A DNA stretch of 62,261 nt from an uncultured Bilophila sp. (GCA_959604115.1 CAUHBW010000001.1:1-62261); one strand, 5' to 3'. Shown: positions 1 through 10,142, counted from the first letter of the stretch. The notes: generated from the sequence alone by a model not told the origin. Made by a program: numbers and translations.

Positions 1-1
1 G

Positions 2-607
2 GATGCGATGACCGGCGGCGTAAAGGAAATGGGCGCCTGCAACACCCTGTATCGCGACGGGGAAGCCATTTGCGGCGAAAACACCGACGTGATCGGATTC
101 ATGGCACCTCTGCGGAAGCGTGCCCTCGCCCCGGAAACCCGCGTGCTGCTGCTCGGCGCGGGCGGCGTCTCGCGGGCGGCGGTCGTCGGACTCCGGCGGC
201 TCGGGCTGGCGAACATCGCCGTGGCCAACCGGCGGCGCGAACGGGCCGAAGCTCTTGCCGAAGCCTTCGGCCTGACGCCGGTTCCGTGGGAGGAACGCGG
301 CGACGTGCGGGCGGACCTCGTCATCAACACCACCTCGCTCGGCATGACCGGGGCGCAGGAACGGGAAACGCCCTACCCCGCCGAGTCCTTCCGGGGCGCG
401 GGCATCGCCTATGATCTGATCTATACGCCCTTCCGCACCCGTTTCCTGCGAGAGGCCGAAGCCGCGGGCTGGAGCAGCCTGTCCGGGCTGGACATGTTCA
501 TCGGTCAGGGAGACGCCCAGTTCCGGCTCTGGACGGGCCGCAGCCTTCCCCCGGAAGCCATAGAAGCCGTGAAGAATACCCTCTACGGCACCGACGCGGC
601 GCACTGA
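2..607 (+). CDS. aroE: Shikimate dehydrogenase, C-terminal part (gene starts before the window)
   Basis: Motifs GACNT, GENTD..GF, LGAGG.SRA, NRRRERA, INTTSLGM, YDLIYTP, GLDMFIGQ...QF.LW. Confidence 0.93.
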   Translation, partial: DAMTGGVKEMGACNTLYRDGEAICGENTDVIGFMAPLRKRALAPETRVLLLGAGGVSRAAVVGLRRLGLANIAVANRRRERAEALAEAFGLTPVPWEERGDVRADLVINTTSLGMTGAQERETPYPAESFRGAGIAYDLIYTPFRTRFLREAEAAGWSSLSGLDMFIGQGDAQFRLWTGRSLPPEAIEAVKNTLYGTDAAH

Positions 608-771
608 CCTTCCGGCGCGCTTTCTACGGATTCCCTTTGAAATCTGTCACGCTTTAAGGACTATTCCGCGGATGGGCATGGTCTTCGGCAGAATCCACGC
701 CTCGTTGCAAAGGACAAGTTACCCGTTGCCCCGCCTTTCAACCGCCCATATGAAAGTGCTCTCTTCCGACA

Positions 772-803
772 CAAAAACGGCGAAACCGTCATGGTTTCGC
801 CGT
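772..803 (-). terminator. Intrinsic terminator after the GT9 gene
   Basis: Perfect stem ACGGCGAAACC-gtcat-GGTTTCGCCGT with an A-run on the + side (U-tract on the - strand). Confidence 0.7.
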
Positions 804-858
804 CCTTGCATCTTTCCTATAGAGGGAACGCATCGTGCGTCTCCGCGCTTCCTGTTTT

Positions 859-1896
859 TTAGAAATCCTTCAGCAACGCCTCCATCACCCGTTCGGGCGT
901 GAGCGTGTACATACAGGCGTGGTTGCGGTCGCAATGCTTTTTGCCGTGCAGCGTACACGGACGGCACGCCAGCGGAACCTCCAAAACCCGATCCCGGAGA
1001 CCGGCGGGGAAGAATCCCCATTCCTCCGTAGTGGGACCGAACAGGGCGAGCGCGGGCGTCCCCACGGCTCCGGCAAGGTGCATCGGCCCGGAATCGCCGG
1101 TGATCAGTACGGAAGAGGTCCGCAGCAGGGCGCAGGTTTCACGCAGAGACGTCCGGTTGGTGAAGTCGCGGGCGGCGGGAATCCCGTCCAACGCCTCGCC
1201 CCGCCCGACGACGATCCACGAAATGCCGCGATCGTCCAGCATTTCCATAAGTTGACGCCAATGGGAGGCTTTCCACGCCTTGTCGGGATGCGTGGCGTAG
1301 GGGTGCAGGGCGACGGGCGCGGCGGCTCCCTTGTCGGGGAGCTGTTCCAGCAGACGGTATCCCTGCGCCTCTTCCTCGGGGGAAAGCCAGATATGCGGCA
1401 ACAGTTCCGCGCGCGGAGGCGGCGTCGTCTCCACGGCGAGGGCGTACCGCTGCGGAACATTCCACCGCCGAAGCTTTTCCCGGAACACGCGGCCTTTGGA
1501 GAACAGAAAGAGACGGCGTTCAAGGCCCAGCTTGGCGTACCGTTTCACCGGCCCTTTCCAGAGCAGGGACAGCAGGCGCGTACGCAGCGTACCGTGCAGA
1601 TCGAGCAGACCGTGACCGGAGTAGGTTTCCGCCAGCTCCCGGAACACGCCGAGCTGATTCGGAAAACGCAGGTCCGACTTGCGAAGGCCCACGACGGAGC
1701 GCACCGCCGGGTGCCCTTCCAGAATGGGCGCGAAAGCCTCGCGGGTGATGACCGTAAACGTCCAGCCGCGCGTGCGGCGCCAGTAATCGAGAACCCCGGT
1801 GGTCAGAGCCAAATCGCCGAGCGCGCTCAGGCGGACGACGATCCATTCGGCAGGCTCCCGCACGGGGGCATCGTATCCGGAGGGTGAAGTTGTCAT
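859..1896 (-). CDS. Glycosyltransferase family 9, ADP-heptose:LPS heptosyltransferase-like
   Basis: RLSALGD at the N-terminus, LLDLHG, TSLRETCALL, GDSGPMHLAGAVGTP..ALFGPT, CRPC. Confidence 0.9.
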   Translation of the reverse strand: MTTSPSGYDAPVREPAEWIVVRLSALGDLALTTGVLDYWRRTRGWTFTVITREAFAPILEGHPAVRSVVGLRKSDLRFPNQLGVFRELAETYSGHGLLDLHGTLRTRLLSLLWKGPVKRYAKLGLERRLFLFSKGRVFREKLRRWNVPQRYALAVETTPPPRAELLPHIWLSPEEEAQGYRLLEQLPDKGAAAPVALHPYATHPDKAWKASHWRQLMEMLDDRGISWIVVGRGEALDGIPAARDFTNRTSLRETCALLRTSSVLITGDSGPMHLAGAVGTPALALFGPTTEEWGFFPAGLRDRVLEVPLACRPCTLHGKKHCDRNHACMYTLTPERVMEALLKDF

Positions 1897-2042
1897 ACCC
1901 GGAACCTACCAGCAACGCTGGCAAAAGAAAAGTTTTCCCTGCCGGTGCGCGGAGAAAAAAGCATTTCGCCCCCGGAATGCCGCCCCGCCCCAACCTTCCT
2001 CTTGCTCTTTGTCTCGATATCAGCTAAAGTCTTTCACTGGAC

Positions 2043-2136
2043 GGAGAGGTAGCGAAGCGGCCGTAACGCGCTCGACTCGAAATCGAGTTACCGGTGATGA
2101 GCTGGTACGTGGGTTCGAATCCCACCCTCTCCGCCA
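2043..2136 (+). tRNA. tRNA-Ser(CGA)
   Basis: GGAGAGG acceptor stem pairing with CCTCTCC-GCCA, anticodon arm CTCGA-CTCGAAA-TCGAG, long variable arm, GGTTCGAATCC T-arm. Confidence 0.96.
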
Positions 2137-2171
2137 CTTGGAAACGCCAAGACATCCGGTGAAATCCTAAC

Positions 2172-2205
2172 AGCCCTTGAACCAGAACGGTTTGAGGGCT
2201 TTTTT
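2172..2205 (+). terminator. Intrinsic terminator after tRNA-Ser
   Basis: AGCCCTT...GAGGGCT stem followed by a T-run. Confidence 0.65.
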
Positions 2206-2273
2206 GCGTCCCGTGTCGTCCGATGAAGGACGGGAGGCGATCAACGTTGCATCCCAAGGAACGGCGCGTTCCC

Positions 2274-2687
2274 CTACAACAAGAGGACGAGGGAACCGGC
2301 CGTGATCAACGCGCCGCCGAGAATGACTTTGAGGCTTACGCTTTCCCCGAGCAGCAGAATCGAAAGCAGTATGGTGAGGGGCACGCTGAGCTTGTCGATG
2401 GGGGCGACTTTGGAAACGTCCCCAAGCTGCAACGCCTTGAAATAAAACAGCCATGAGAGTCCCGTGGCGACGGCGGAAAGAAACAGGAACAGCAGCGTGC
2501 GGGGGGCGATCTCGCGCACCTCGCGCACGGCCCCGGACATAAAGGCAATCCCCCACACCAGAACGAGGATGAAGCTCACCCGCAAGGCCGTGGCCAGATT
2601 GGAATCGATGCCTTTCACTCCCATTTTGGAGAACAGGGCGGTCAGAGACGCGAACACGGCGGAAAGCAACGCATAATACTTCCACAT
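2274..2687 (-). CDS. Small EamA/DMT family membrane protein
   Basis: Start taken at MWKYYALLSA; five hydrophobic segments; SWLFYFKALQLGDVSKVAPIDKLS pattern typical of single-EamA proteins. Confidence 0.85.
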   Translation of the reverse strand: MWKYYALLSAVFASLTALFSKMGVKGIDSNLATALRVSFILVLVWGIAFMSGAVREVREIAPRTLLFLFLSAVATGLSWLFYFKALQLGDVSKVAPIDKLSVPLTILLSILLLGESVSLKVILGGALITAGSLVLLL

Positions 2688-3393
2688 GATACCATCTTCC
2701 TTTGTATACGGTACAGCTCTCGCTTGGGCGGATACCAAAACGCTCCCGGCCTCGTTTGTCAATATTTCAGCTCGGTAACGCCGACGGCAAAAAGGAAAAA
2801 GCTCGGGAGAACCCCGTGTGCGTTTGCGCCGGAAAAACCCGTCGGAGCCGTTGATGCCGGACCACCCGCCCGAATGAGCGTCCGATCATTGCAGCGGTGC
2901 CGCGCGACTGACGTCAGCCCGCCTTTCCGAACGCTTCCCGGAAATCGCCTACGATGCGGCGCGGCTCCGCAAACTTCTTAAGGAAAACGACGATGAAGCG
3001 ATGCCGAACCGGCCCTTTCTCCCAAGAAAGCGAACACGGGAGACCGGGCTTGTTTTTGGACTTCTCGCAGCCCCCTCATTTTTTCTCATCTCTCCCGTTT
3101 GTGTGAGAAAAAGCCGTTTTTCCCATTTCGGAAAACCGGCGACTTTTTTGCTCCTAACAGGAGAGGATACCATATCTTTTCATGTTACATCCCGCGTAAC
3201 CGCTTCCCTTTTGTGCCGGTTATGACAAGTTCATCCTCTTTTCCCGTCTTTTTCCGAAAATCAAATACGTTAATATTCCCCGCTTATTATGAACTTTTCG
3301 CAGACAAATCCTGAACTCCCCCTAGTCTTTAGTTATTTTTTGTATTAAAATCATTTCCAGTTTTTTTCACAAACTCTAGAGAGGAGAGCTTTC

Positions 3394-4401
3394 ATGACCT
3401 GCAAGAAGATTCTGCCCCTGCTGTTGGCGGCCCTGTTCGTGTGGACCGCTTCCGCATCCGCCGCTCCGCAAACCACGCTGAAAATCGCGGTGGGGGACCC
3501 CGAAGACTCCGAAATGGGCGTCGTCGGCAATGCCTTCAAAAAGTACGTGGAAGAAAAGTCCGGCGGCAAAGTGGAAGTCCAGTGCTTCTACGGCGGCTCC
3601 CTGGGCGACGAAAGCGAATGCTTCCGCAACGTGCAGAAGGGCACCCTGCCTCTGGCCATGGGCGGCATCGCCAACCTCGTGCCCTTTGAAAAGCGTCTGG
3701 GCTTGCTGACCCTGCCCTACCTTTTCGCCAACATTGACGAAGTCGTGACCGGCACCAACGGCGCTCCCGCCGAGCTGCTGAACAAGTACGCCACCAAGGC
3801 CGGGTTCCGCATTCTGACCTGGACCTACACCGACTTCCGTTACATCTCCAACTCCAAGCGCCCCATCACCAAGATGGCCGACATTCAGGGCCTGAAGTTC
3901 CGCGTGCCTCAGAGCGCCGTGCTTATCGCCGCGTACAAGGCTTTCGGCGGCAGCCCGACCCCCATCTCCTGGGCCGAAACCTTCACCGCTCTCCAGCAGG
4001 GCGTCGTGGACGGCCAGTGCTACGGCTACATCGGCTTCAAGGCCATGAAGTTCAACGAAGCCAACCAGAAATACCTCACCGAAGTTCACTACACCTACCA
4101 GCTCCAGCCGCTGGTCATCAGCGAACGCGCGTATCGCAAGATGACCCCCGAAATGCAGAAGCTGATGGTTGACGCCGGCAAGTACGCCCAGGAAGCCGTC
4201 CTGAAGTTCCAGATGGAACAGGCCGAAGCCGCGAAGAAGGAACTCATCGCCGGCGGCCTCGTCGTTTCCCAGCTGGAAGACGAAGACCTGTGGAAGAAGG
4301 CCGCTCTCGAAAAGGTATGGCCCGAAATGGCCGAATTCGTCGGCGGCAAGGATGCCATCAACGAATACCTGAAGGCCTGCGGCAAGCCCGCCTGGCAGTA
4401 A
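3394..4401 (+). CDS. dctP: TRAP transporter substrate-binding protein (DctP family), copy 1
   Basis: Signal peptide; GGSLGDE, LTLPYLF, GLKFRVP, ETFTALQQGVVDG; RBS GAGGAG; followed by dctQ and dctM. Confidence 0.93.
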   Translation: MTCKKILPLLLAALFVWTASASAAPQTTLKIAVGDPEDSEMGVVGNAFKKYVEEKSGGKVEVQCFYGGSLGDESECFRNVQKGTLPLAMGGIANLVPFEKRLGLLTLPYLFANIDEVVTGTNGAPAELLNKYATKAGFRILTWTYTDFRYISNSKRPITKMADIQGLKFRVPQSAVLIAAYKAFGGSPTPISWAETFTALQQGVVDGQCYGYIGFKAMKFNEANQKYLTEVHYTYQLQPLVISERAYRKMTPEMQKLMVDAGKYAQEAVLKFQMEQAEAAKKELIAGGLVVSQLEDEDLWKKAALEKVWPEMAEFVGGKDAINEYLKACGKPAWQ

Positions 4402-4596
4402 ATCGTTGTAAGGACGGCACCGGGTCTGCGGGGGCGGACCCGGCGCCGGACATGCGGACAAGCGCCGTTGCGCGCCGGACCCGCATGGAACGCGTGTTTG
4501 CGCTGCCCAACCACGGGACGCCTTTACGGAAGCCGTAATCCGTTCTGGCAAGGCGTCCCGTGGTTTCACTGGTCTTCGGGAGGAGGAATAGCAAAC

Positions 4597-5142
4597 GTGA
4601 AAAAAGTAGTCTTGGCCCTGCTGGACCATTTCGAAAGTTACCTGTGCCAGTTCCTGCTGGTCTTTTTCGTCATCATCATTTTTCTTCAGATCGTGCTGCG
4701 GCAGATCAACATGTCCCTTCCGTGGACGGAAGAAATCGCCCGTTTCGCCTTTATCTGGTTCATTCTGTTCGGCGCCTGCTACGCGACCCGCCTGTGCGCC
4801 CTGAACCGCGTGACCCTGCAATTTTCCAAGGCGCCCAAATGGGTGGGCGACCTGTTCCTGTTCGTCGGCGACGTGATCTGGTTCTGCTTCGCGCTGATCA
4901 TGGCGTGGGAAGGCTACATCGCCGTTCTCGACCTCGTGGAATTCCCCTACGCGACCCCGGCGCTCGACTGGGATCTCGGCATGGTCTACCTTGTCTTCCC
5001 CCTCAGCTTCCTGTTGATGGCCATCCGCATCGTGCAGGTGAACGTCATCAAGTTCATCCTGAAAGAAGAAATTCTCGACCCGGATCAGGAAGCCATCAAA
5101 GAAAGCCAGAAGACGCTCACGGCTGAAGGAGACAAGGAATGA
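4597..5142 (+). CDS. dctQ: TRAP transporter small permease
   Basis: GTG start after AGGAGG; four TM segments; PWTEEIARFAFIW motif. Confidence 0.9.
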   Translation: MKKVVLALLDHFESYLCQFLLVFFVIIIFLQIVLRQINMSLPWTEEIARFAFIWFILFGACYATRLCALNRVTLQFSKAPKWVGDLFLFVGDVIWFCFALIMAWEGYIAVLDLVEFPYATPALDWDLGMVYLVFPLSFLLMAIRIVQVNVIKFILKEEILDPDQEAIKESQKTLTAEGDKE

Positions 5143-6446
5143 TGGAAGCACTTTCCCCCGCGAACATCGGTCTTCTGCTGTTCGGCATCTTCTTCGTGCT
5201 GCTGCTCATCGGCAGCCCGATCATGGTCGCCCTCGGCGTTGCGACCATGGCCTGCTTCATTGTGCTGGACATTGACCTCAGCCTGATGATCGAACGCGCC
5301 TTCGCTTCGCTGACGGCTTTCCCGCTCATGGCATTGCCCGCATTCGTGCTTGCGGGGTCACTTATGGAGGCGGCAGGCGTGTCCAGACGGCTCGTCCATG
5401 TCGCCGAAAACATCGTCGGCCCCACTCCCGGCGGTCTCGCCATCTCCACGACGCTGTCCTGCGTGTTCTTCGGCGCCATCTCCGGCTCCGGCCCCGCCAC
5501 GACGGCCGCCGTGGGCATGCTCATGATCCCGGCCATGGCCAAGCGCGGCTACAACATCGGTTACGCCGCCGCCGCCACCGCCACCGCCGGCGGCATCGGC
5601 ATCATCATCCCGCCCAGCATTCCGATGGTCATCTACGGCGTGTCGGGCCAGCAGAGCATCTCCAAGATGTTCATGGCCGGCGTCCTTCCGGGCATCCTCA
5701 TTGCCGTGGGCCTGAGCATCATGCACTTCTTCCTGTGCCGGAACCTCAAAACCGACGGCCTCGACTGGTCCTTCAAGTCCTTCACCCGCTCCCTGCGTGA
5801 CGGCTTCTGGTCCATCCTCGCGCCCGTCATCATTCTGGGCGGCATCTACGCCGGTCTGTTCACGCCGACCGAAGCCGCCGTCGTGGCCATCTTCTACACG
5901 ATCCTCGTGGGTATCTTCATCCACAAGGAACTCACGATGAAGAGCTTCATGGCCTCGTTGAAGACCACGTCATGGCTGACGGGCCGCGTGCTGGTCCTCG
6001 TATTCACGGCGACGGCCTTCGGCTATCTGCTGACCTCCTACCGCATCCCCGTGGAAATTGCCAACTGGATTCTGTCCTTCACCAACAACGTGCATCTGGT
6101 GTGGGTCTTCGTGGTCCTGTTGCTGCTGTTCCTCGGCATGTTCATGGAAACCCTCGCCATCATCATGCTGGTCACGCCTGTGCTGCTGCCCATCATGACG
6201 GCGTACGGCGTCGATCCGATCCACTTCGGCATCATCCTCATCTGCTGCTGCGGCATCGGGTTCTCCACGCCGCCGCTCGGCGAGAACATGTTCATCGCCT
6301 CCGGTATCGCCAATATTTCTCTTGAAGAAATATCCCTCAAGGCGCTGCCTCTCGTGGCGATCAACATCGCCGTCATCGCCATTCTGGTAATCTTCCCGGA
6401 CAGCGGCCTCTCCCGGCCCACCCTCAGGGGCACGGGGATAGAATAA
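5139..6446 (+). CDS. dctM: TRAP transporter large permease
   Basis: FFGAISGSGPAT, IIIPPSIP, FTPTEAA, GVDPIHFG, STPPLG; the last ~15 codons look miscalled (see findings). Confidence 0.93.
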   Translation: MMEALSPANIGLLLFGIFFVLLLIGSPIMVALGVATMACFIVLDIDLSLMIERAFASLTAFPLMALPAFVLAGSLMEAAGVSRRLVHVAENIVGPTPGGLAISTTLSCVFFGAISGSGPATTAAVGMLMIPAMAKRGYNIGYAAAATATAGGIGIIIPPSIPMVIYGVSGQQSISKMFMAGVLPGILIAVGLSIMHFFLCRNLKTDGLDWSFKSFTRSLRDGFWSILAPVIILGGIYAGLFTPTEAAVVAIFYTILVGIFIHKELTMKSFMASLKTTSWLTGRVLVLVFTATAFGYLLTSYRIPVEIANWILSFTNNVHLVWVFVVLLLLFLGMFMETLAIIMLVTPVLLPIMTAYGVDPIHFGIILICCCGIGFSTPPLGENMFIASGIANISLEEISLKALPLVAINIAVIAILVIFPDSGLSRPTLRGTGIE

Positions 6447-6519
6447 CCGCGGGGGGGGGGTGCGCTGGCCCCGCCGCCACCTCGCTTCCCAACACGCAAT
6501 CCTCAAAGAAGAGAAAGTT

Positions 6520-7536
6520 ATGAGCTGCAAGAAACTTGTTCCCGTGCTCTTGGCGGCCCTCTGCCTGTGGACCTCGGCTCCCGCGTCCGCGGCGGTCCCG
6601 ACCACAACGTTGAAAATCGCCATGGGCGACCCCGAAAGCTCCGAAATGGGCGTCGTCGGCAACGCGTTCAAACGCTACGTCGAAGAAAAGACCAACGGCG
6701 CCGTCCAGATCGTCTGCATCTACGGCAGCACGCCGGGCGACGACGAAAGCGAACGCTTCCGCAAGGTCCAGAAGGGCACCCTCGACATGGCCCTCGGCGG
6801 CGTCGCCAACATCGTGCCTCTCGAAAAGAAGCTCGGCATCCTGACGCTGCCCTACCTGTTCGACAACCTGAACGAAGTCGTGGCCGGCACCAACGGCGCT
6901 CCCGCCGAACTGCTGAACAAGTACGCCACCAAGGCCGGTTTCCGCGTCCTGACCTGGACCTATTCGGGCTTCCGCTTCATGTCCAACGACAAGCACCCGA
7001 TCACCAAGCTGGAAGACATGAAGGGCCTGCGTTTCCGCGTGCCCCAGAGCGCGGTCATGGTCGCCACCTACAAGGCCTTCGGCGCGATCCCCTCGCTCAT
7101 CCCGTGGGCCAAGACCTTCAACGCCCTTCAGTCCGGAGACGTGGACGGCCAGTGCTACGGCTACATCGGCTTCCGCGCCATGAAGTTCAATGAAGCCAAC
7201 CAGCATTATCTGACCGAAATCCACTACACCTACTACCTCCAGCCGCTGGTCATCAGCGAACGCGTCTTTGAAAAGCTGTCGCCCGAACTCCAGAAGATCC
7301 TGATCGATGCCGGCAAGCACGCTCAGGAAAAGGTGCTCCTGTTCCAGATCGAGCAGGCCGAAGCCGCCAAGCGCGAACTCGTCGCCGGCGGCCTCAAGGT
7401 TTCCCAGCTGGAAAACGAAGAACAGTGGAAGAAGATCGCACTGGAAAAGGTGTGGACCGAAATGGCCGACTTCGTAGGCGGCAAGCCCGCCATCAACGAA
7501 TACCTGAAGGCCTGCGGCAAGGCGCCTTGGCTCTAG
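6520..7536 (+). CDS. dctP: TRAP substrate-binding protein, tandem paralog of 3394..4401
   Basis: Colinear with copy 1, sharing long identical blocks (GDPE.SEMGVVGNAFK, GTNGAPAELLNKYATKAGFR, VDGQCYGYIGF, INEYLKACGK). Confidence 0.92.
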   Translation: MSCKKLVPVLLAALCLWTSAPASAAVPTTTLKIAMGDPESSEMGVVGNAFKRYVEEKTNGAVQIVCIYGSTPGDDESERFRKVQKGTLDMALGGVANIVPLEKKLGILTLPYLFDNLNEVVAGTNGAPAELLNKYATKAGFRVLTWTYSGFRFMSNDKHPITKLEDMKGLRFRVPQSAVMVATYKAFGAIPSLIPWAKTFNALQSGDVDGQCYGYIGFRAMKFNEANQHYLTEIHYTYYLQPLVISERVFEKLSPELQKILIDAGKHAQEKVLLFQIEQAEAAKRELVAGGLKVSQLENEEQWKKIALEKVWTEMADFVGGKPAINEYLKACGKAPWL

Positions 7537-7548
7537 ACGATTCCCCAC

Positions 7549-7579
7549 AAAAAAAGCCCGGATGGACCGGGCTTTTTTT
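7549..7579. terminator. Bidirectional intrinsic terminator between convergent genes
   Basis: A7-GCCCGG-atgga-CCGGGC-T7. Confidence 0.85.
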
Positions 7580-7669
7580 GTGGCCGAAAAACGGCGTCCT
7601 TGGGAGGTGGCGCAGGGAAGAGATACGCCGGACGCCGTCTTTCGGCCTCTGGGAAAAGGAGGACGCCGC

Positions 7670-8644
7670 TCAGGCGCGGCTGTGCTTCCAGCCCCAGACC
7701 CTGCCGAGAAGCAGGACGGGGAGCGTGGACAAGGAAGGGATGAGGGAAACGAGCGAACCCGCGAGGATGAGCAGGATGCCGATCACCATGGTGAAGGGGA
7801 TGGGTTCCCGCAGAAAAACCAGAGCGAAAACGGGGGCCAGCGCGGGCTTGAAGAAAAAGACCAGCGAGGCCGTTATCGGGGATGTGGCCTCCATCGCCAT
7901 GAAATAGAAGGCGAATCCCGCGCCGGTCACGCCGATGCAGATGTACAGCATCATCAGGGCGCTGAACGGGGTGTATCCCGAAAACAGAGGGATGTTGGCG
8001 AAAAGGTCCAGCCCCAGCGCCCCCAAAAGCTCGGCCGCCGATTCCAGACGGCTGAACGCCACCATGCCCGCCATTTCCAGACTGGCGAACAGGAAGCTGC
8101 CGCAGGTCACGACCACGCCGGAAAACCGGGCGCACAGCCGGGTGCCGAGCACGGCGTAGAGGGCGAACATCGCCGTGGACAGCAGAGTGAACGCAATCCC
8201 CGCCGTGCCGACGGACGTGTTCAGCGGATTGATCAGCACGAGGATGCCGAGGCATTCCAGAACGAGCGCGATGGCGTGCTGACGGCGGATGTGGGTATGC
8301 AGGATAAGCCCCGCGAACAGCAGGACGAACACCGGGTTGCAGCTGAACAGCACGGCGACGACCGAGGCGTTGGTATGCTCCACGGCGAGCTGGTACAGCG
8401 TCATGCTGACGACGATGCCCAGAAAGCCGAGCCCTGCGAGCTTCAGGAGGCTGGCGGCGTCCAGACGTTCGTCGCGTTTCCGCAGCATCCGCCGGGCGAA
8501 CGGGACGAGGACAAGGCCGCCGATGAAAAACCGCGTGAGGTTGAGCTGTACGGGATTGAACTGTCCGGCCACCTCCTTGAGCGCGATCTCCATCGTGCTG
8601 AAAAACAGCGTCGCCAGTGCGATGAACAGATAACCCCTTTTCAT
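7670..8644 (-). CDS. DMT (EamA x2) family transporter/exporter
   Basis: About ten TM segments in two EamA repeats (TRFFIGG, ASVVAVLFSCNPVF, KPALAPVFALVFLREPI). Confidence 0.88.
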   Translation of the reverse strand: MKRGYLFIALATLFFSTMEIALKEVAGQFNPVQLNLTRFFIGGLVLVPFARRMLRKRDERLDAASLLKLAGLGFLGIVVSMTLYQLAVEHTNASVVAVLFSCNPVFVLLFAGLILHTHIRRQHAIALVLECLGILVLINPLNTSVGTAGIAFTLLSTAMFALYAVLGTRLCARFSGVVVTCGSFLFASLEMAGMVAFSRLESAAELLGALGLDLFANIPLFSGYTPFSALMMLYICIGVTGAGFAFYFMAMEATSPITASLVFFFKPALAPVFALVFLREPIPFTMVIGILLILAGSLVSLIPSLSTLPVLLLGRVWGWKHSRA

Positions 8645-8744
8645 GACAAGCTCCCTTGTGCGCCGCGTGCGTCCGCTTCGGAACCTTTCCCATACGCGGA
8701 TGGCCTACTTCCCGTTCGTACGCCATCCCCATCCATGCGTAAAA

Positions 8745-8774
8745 TGAAATATGCTTATAGAAAGCATAATTTCA
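8745..8774. promoter_or_regulatory. AT-rich near-palindrome, probable LysR operator upstream of the DMT gene
   Basis: TGAAATATGCTT-ATAGA-AAGCATAATTTCA, about 100 bp upstream of the DMT start and next to a LysR gene. Confidence 0.55.
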
Positions 8775-8832
8775 GGTTAATGATGGCGGGCGATACCGGG
8801 AGCTTTTCGGAGTTCGTTGCCAATGGAAGGCG

Positions 8833-9762
8833 TCAGCCTTCCACCGGAGAGCGCCCCTCGGCGGTCCGGAGCCGTTCCTGTCCGGTCAGACATCGAATGA
8901 AGGCCCGCCCGGCATGCGAAAGCGGGGTTTTCTTTCTGGTGGCGACGACGATGGAACGTTCCGGGATGGAATGTTCGGGCGTGATCTCGAAGACGGTCCC
9001 CCGGCGCAGGCTCGCTTCGGCAAAACGCCGCACGGTAATGCCCACGCCGAGGCCGCGCTCCACAAAGGGAACAATCAGCACCGTGGTCGCCAGCTCGAAT
9101 TCGGGATCGAGCACGACGCCGTGCGACCGGAAAAAGGCGTCCAGATACTGACGGGTGCTGGTGCCCTTCTCCGGGCAGATGATGGGCAGACGGGCGATCT
9201 CGGCCAGCGGAAGCACGGCGTCCTTCAGGTGCAGGAACGGCTTGCCCGCGATGAACATGTCGTGAGTGGGACACACCGGAATCAGTTCCAGATCGTCGGC
9301 CTCTTCCACAGGCGAAAACACGACGCCCAGATCGATTTTCTGGGCGCGAAGGGCTTCCAGCGTTCCGTGCGTCGCCGCCGTGATCGTGCTGATGTGGACC
9401 TTGGGGTAGGCCTTGTGGAAGCGTTCCAGATACGGCAGCAGGTAGGCGTACATGATCATGTCGGAGGAACCAATATGGATGCTCCCTCCGTCGAGGTCGA
9501 GCATGGCCTGCAATTTCTTCTCGCCGAGCGCGATCTGTTCGCAGGCCTGCACTACGTGCCGGTACAACACCTCCCCCTCCGGCGTCAGCCTCATTCCCTT
9601 GTGGGTACGGAAAAACAGTTCGCAGCCGAGCGTCTTTTCCAACTGCCGGACGGACTTGCTCACCGCCGGCTGGGAAAGGAACAGCGCCCGGGCCGCCGGC
9701 GTGATGCCGCCCAGCCTCGCGACGTGGTAAAAGACCTTGTAGTATTCAAAAGAAACGTTCAT
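8833..9762 (-). CDS. LysR-type transcriptional regulator
   Basis: N-terminal HTH (FYHVARLGGITPAARALFLSQPAVSKSVRQLE..LG..LF.R) plus substrate-binding domain; start MNVSFEYY. Confidence 0.95.
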   Translation of the reverse strand: MNVSFEYYKVFYHVARLGGITPAARALFLSQPAVSKSVRQLEKTLGCELFFRTHKGMRLTPEGEVLYRHVVQACEQIALGEKKLQAMLDLDGGSIHIGSSDMIMYAYLLPYLERFHKAYPKVHISTITAATHGTLEALRAQKIDLGVVFSPVEEADDLELIPVCPTHDMFIAGKPFLHLKDAVLPLAEIARLPIICPEKGTSTRQYLDAFFRSHGVVLDPEFELATTVLIVPFVERGLGVGITVRRFAEASLRRGTVFEITPEHSIPERSIVVATRKKTPLSHAGRAFIRCLTGQERLRTAEGRSPVEG

Positions 9763-9971
9763 GCCGCCGTCCTCCCGTCTATTCGGATTCCGTTCTCCTG
9801 ATTGGCACGCAACCGCCCGGCAAGGCAAGCCCCGCCTCCCGAACGTCGGAGAACCGCCTCAAGGCTCCCCGCCCCGCCCATCCGAGTTTCACTATTCATG
9901 AGAAATAACAAAAAATCTTCGGCTCAAACCGTTCCACAAAAAATTTTTTGCGCCGAAACGCAAAAAAACGC

Positions 9972-10000
9972 TTGCAAGCCGCTCCGGTTTTGCATATACC
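9972..10000 (+). promoter_or_regulatory. Probable sigma70 promoter of tRNA-Leu
   Basis: TTGCAA-17 bp-TATACC about 10 bp upstream of the tRNA. Confidence 0.5.
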
Positions 10001-10009
10001 TCTTTTCGC

Positions 10010-10094
10010 GCCGAGGTGGTGGAATTGGTAGACACGCTATCTTGAGGTGGTAGTGGGAATTCCTGTGCGGGTTCGAGTCCCGCCCTCGGCACCA
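10010..10094 (+). tRNA. tRNA-Leu(GAG)
   Basis: GCCGAGG/CCTCGGC-ACCA acceptor stem, anticodon arm CTATC-TTGAGGT-GGTAG, variable arm, GGTTCGAGTCC. Confidence 0.96.
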
Positions 10095-10100
10095 TTTTTC

Positions 10101-10142
10101 AAAGCCGTTGCAGTAACATACTGCGACGGCTTTTCTTTTTTT
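10101..10142 (+). terminator. Intrinsic terminator after tRNA-Leu
   Basis: AAAGCCGTTGCAGTA-aca-TACTGCGACGGCTTT followed by T-runs. Confidence 0.8.
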
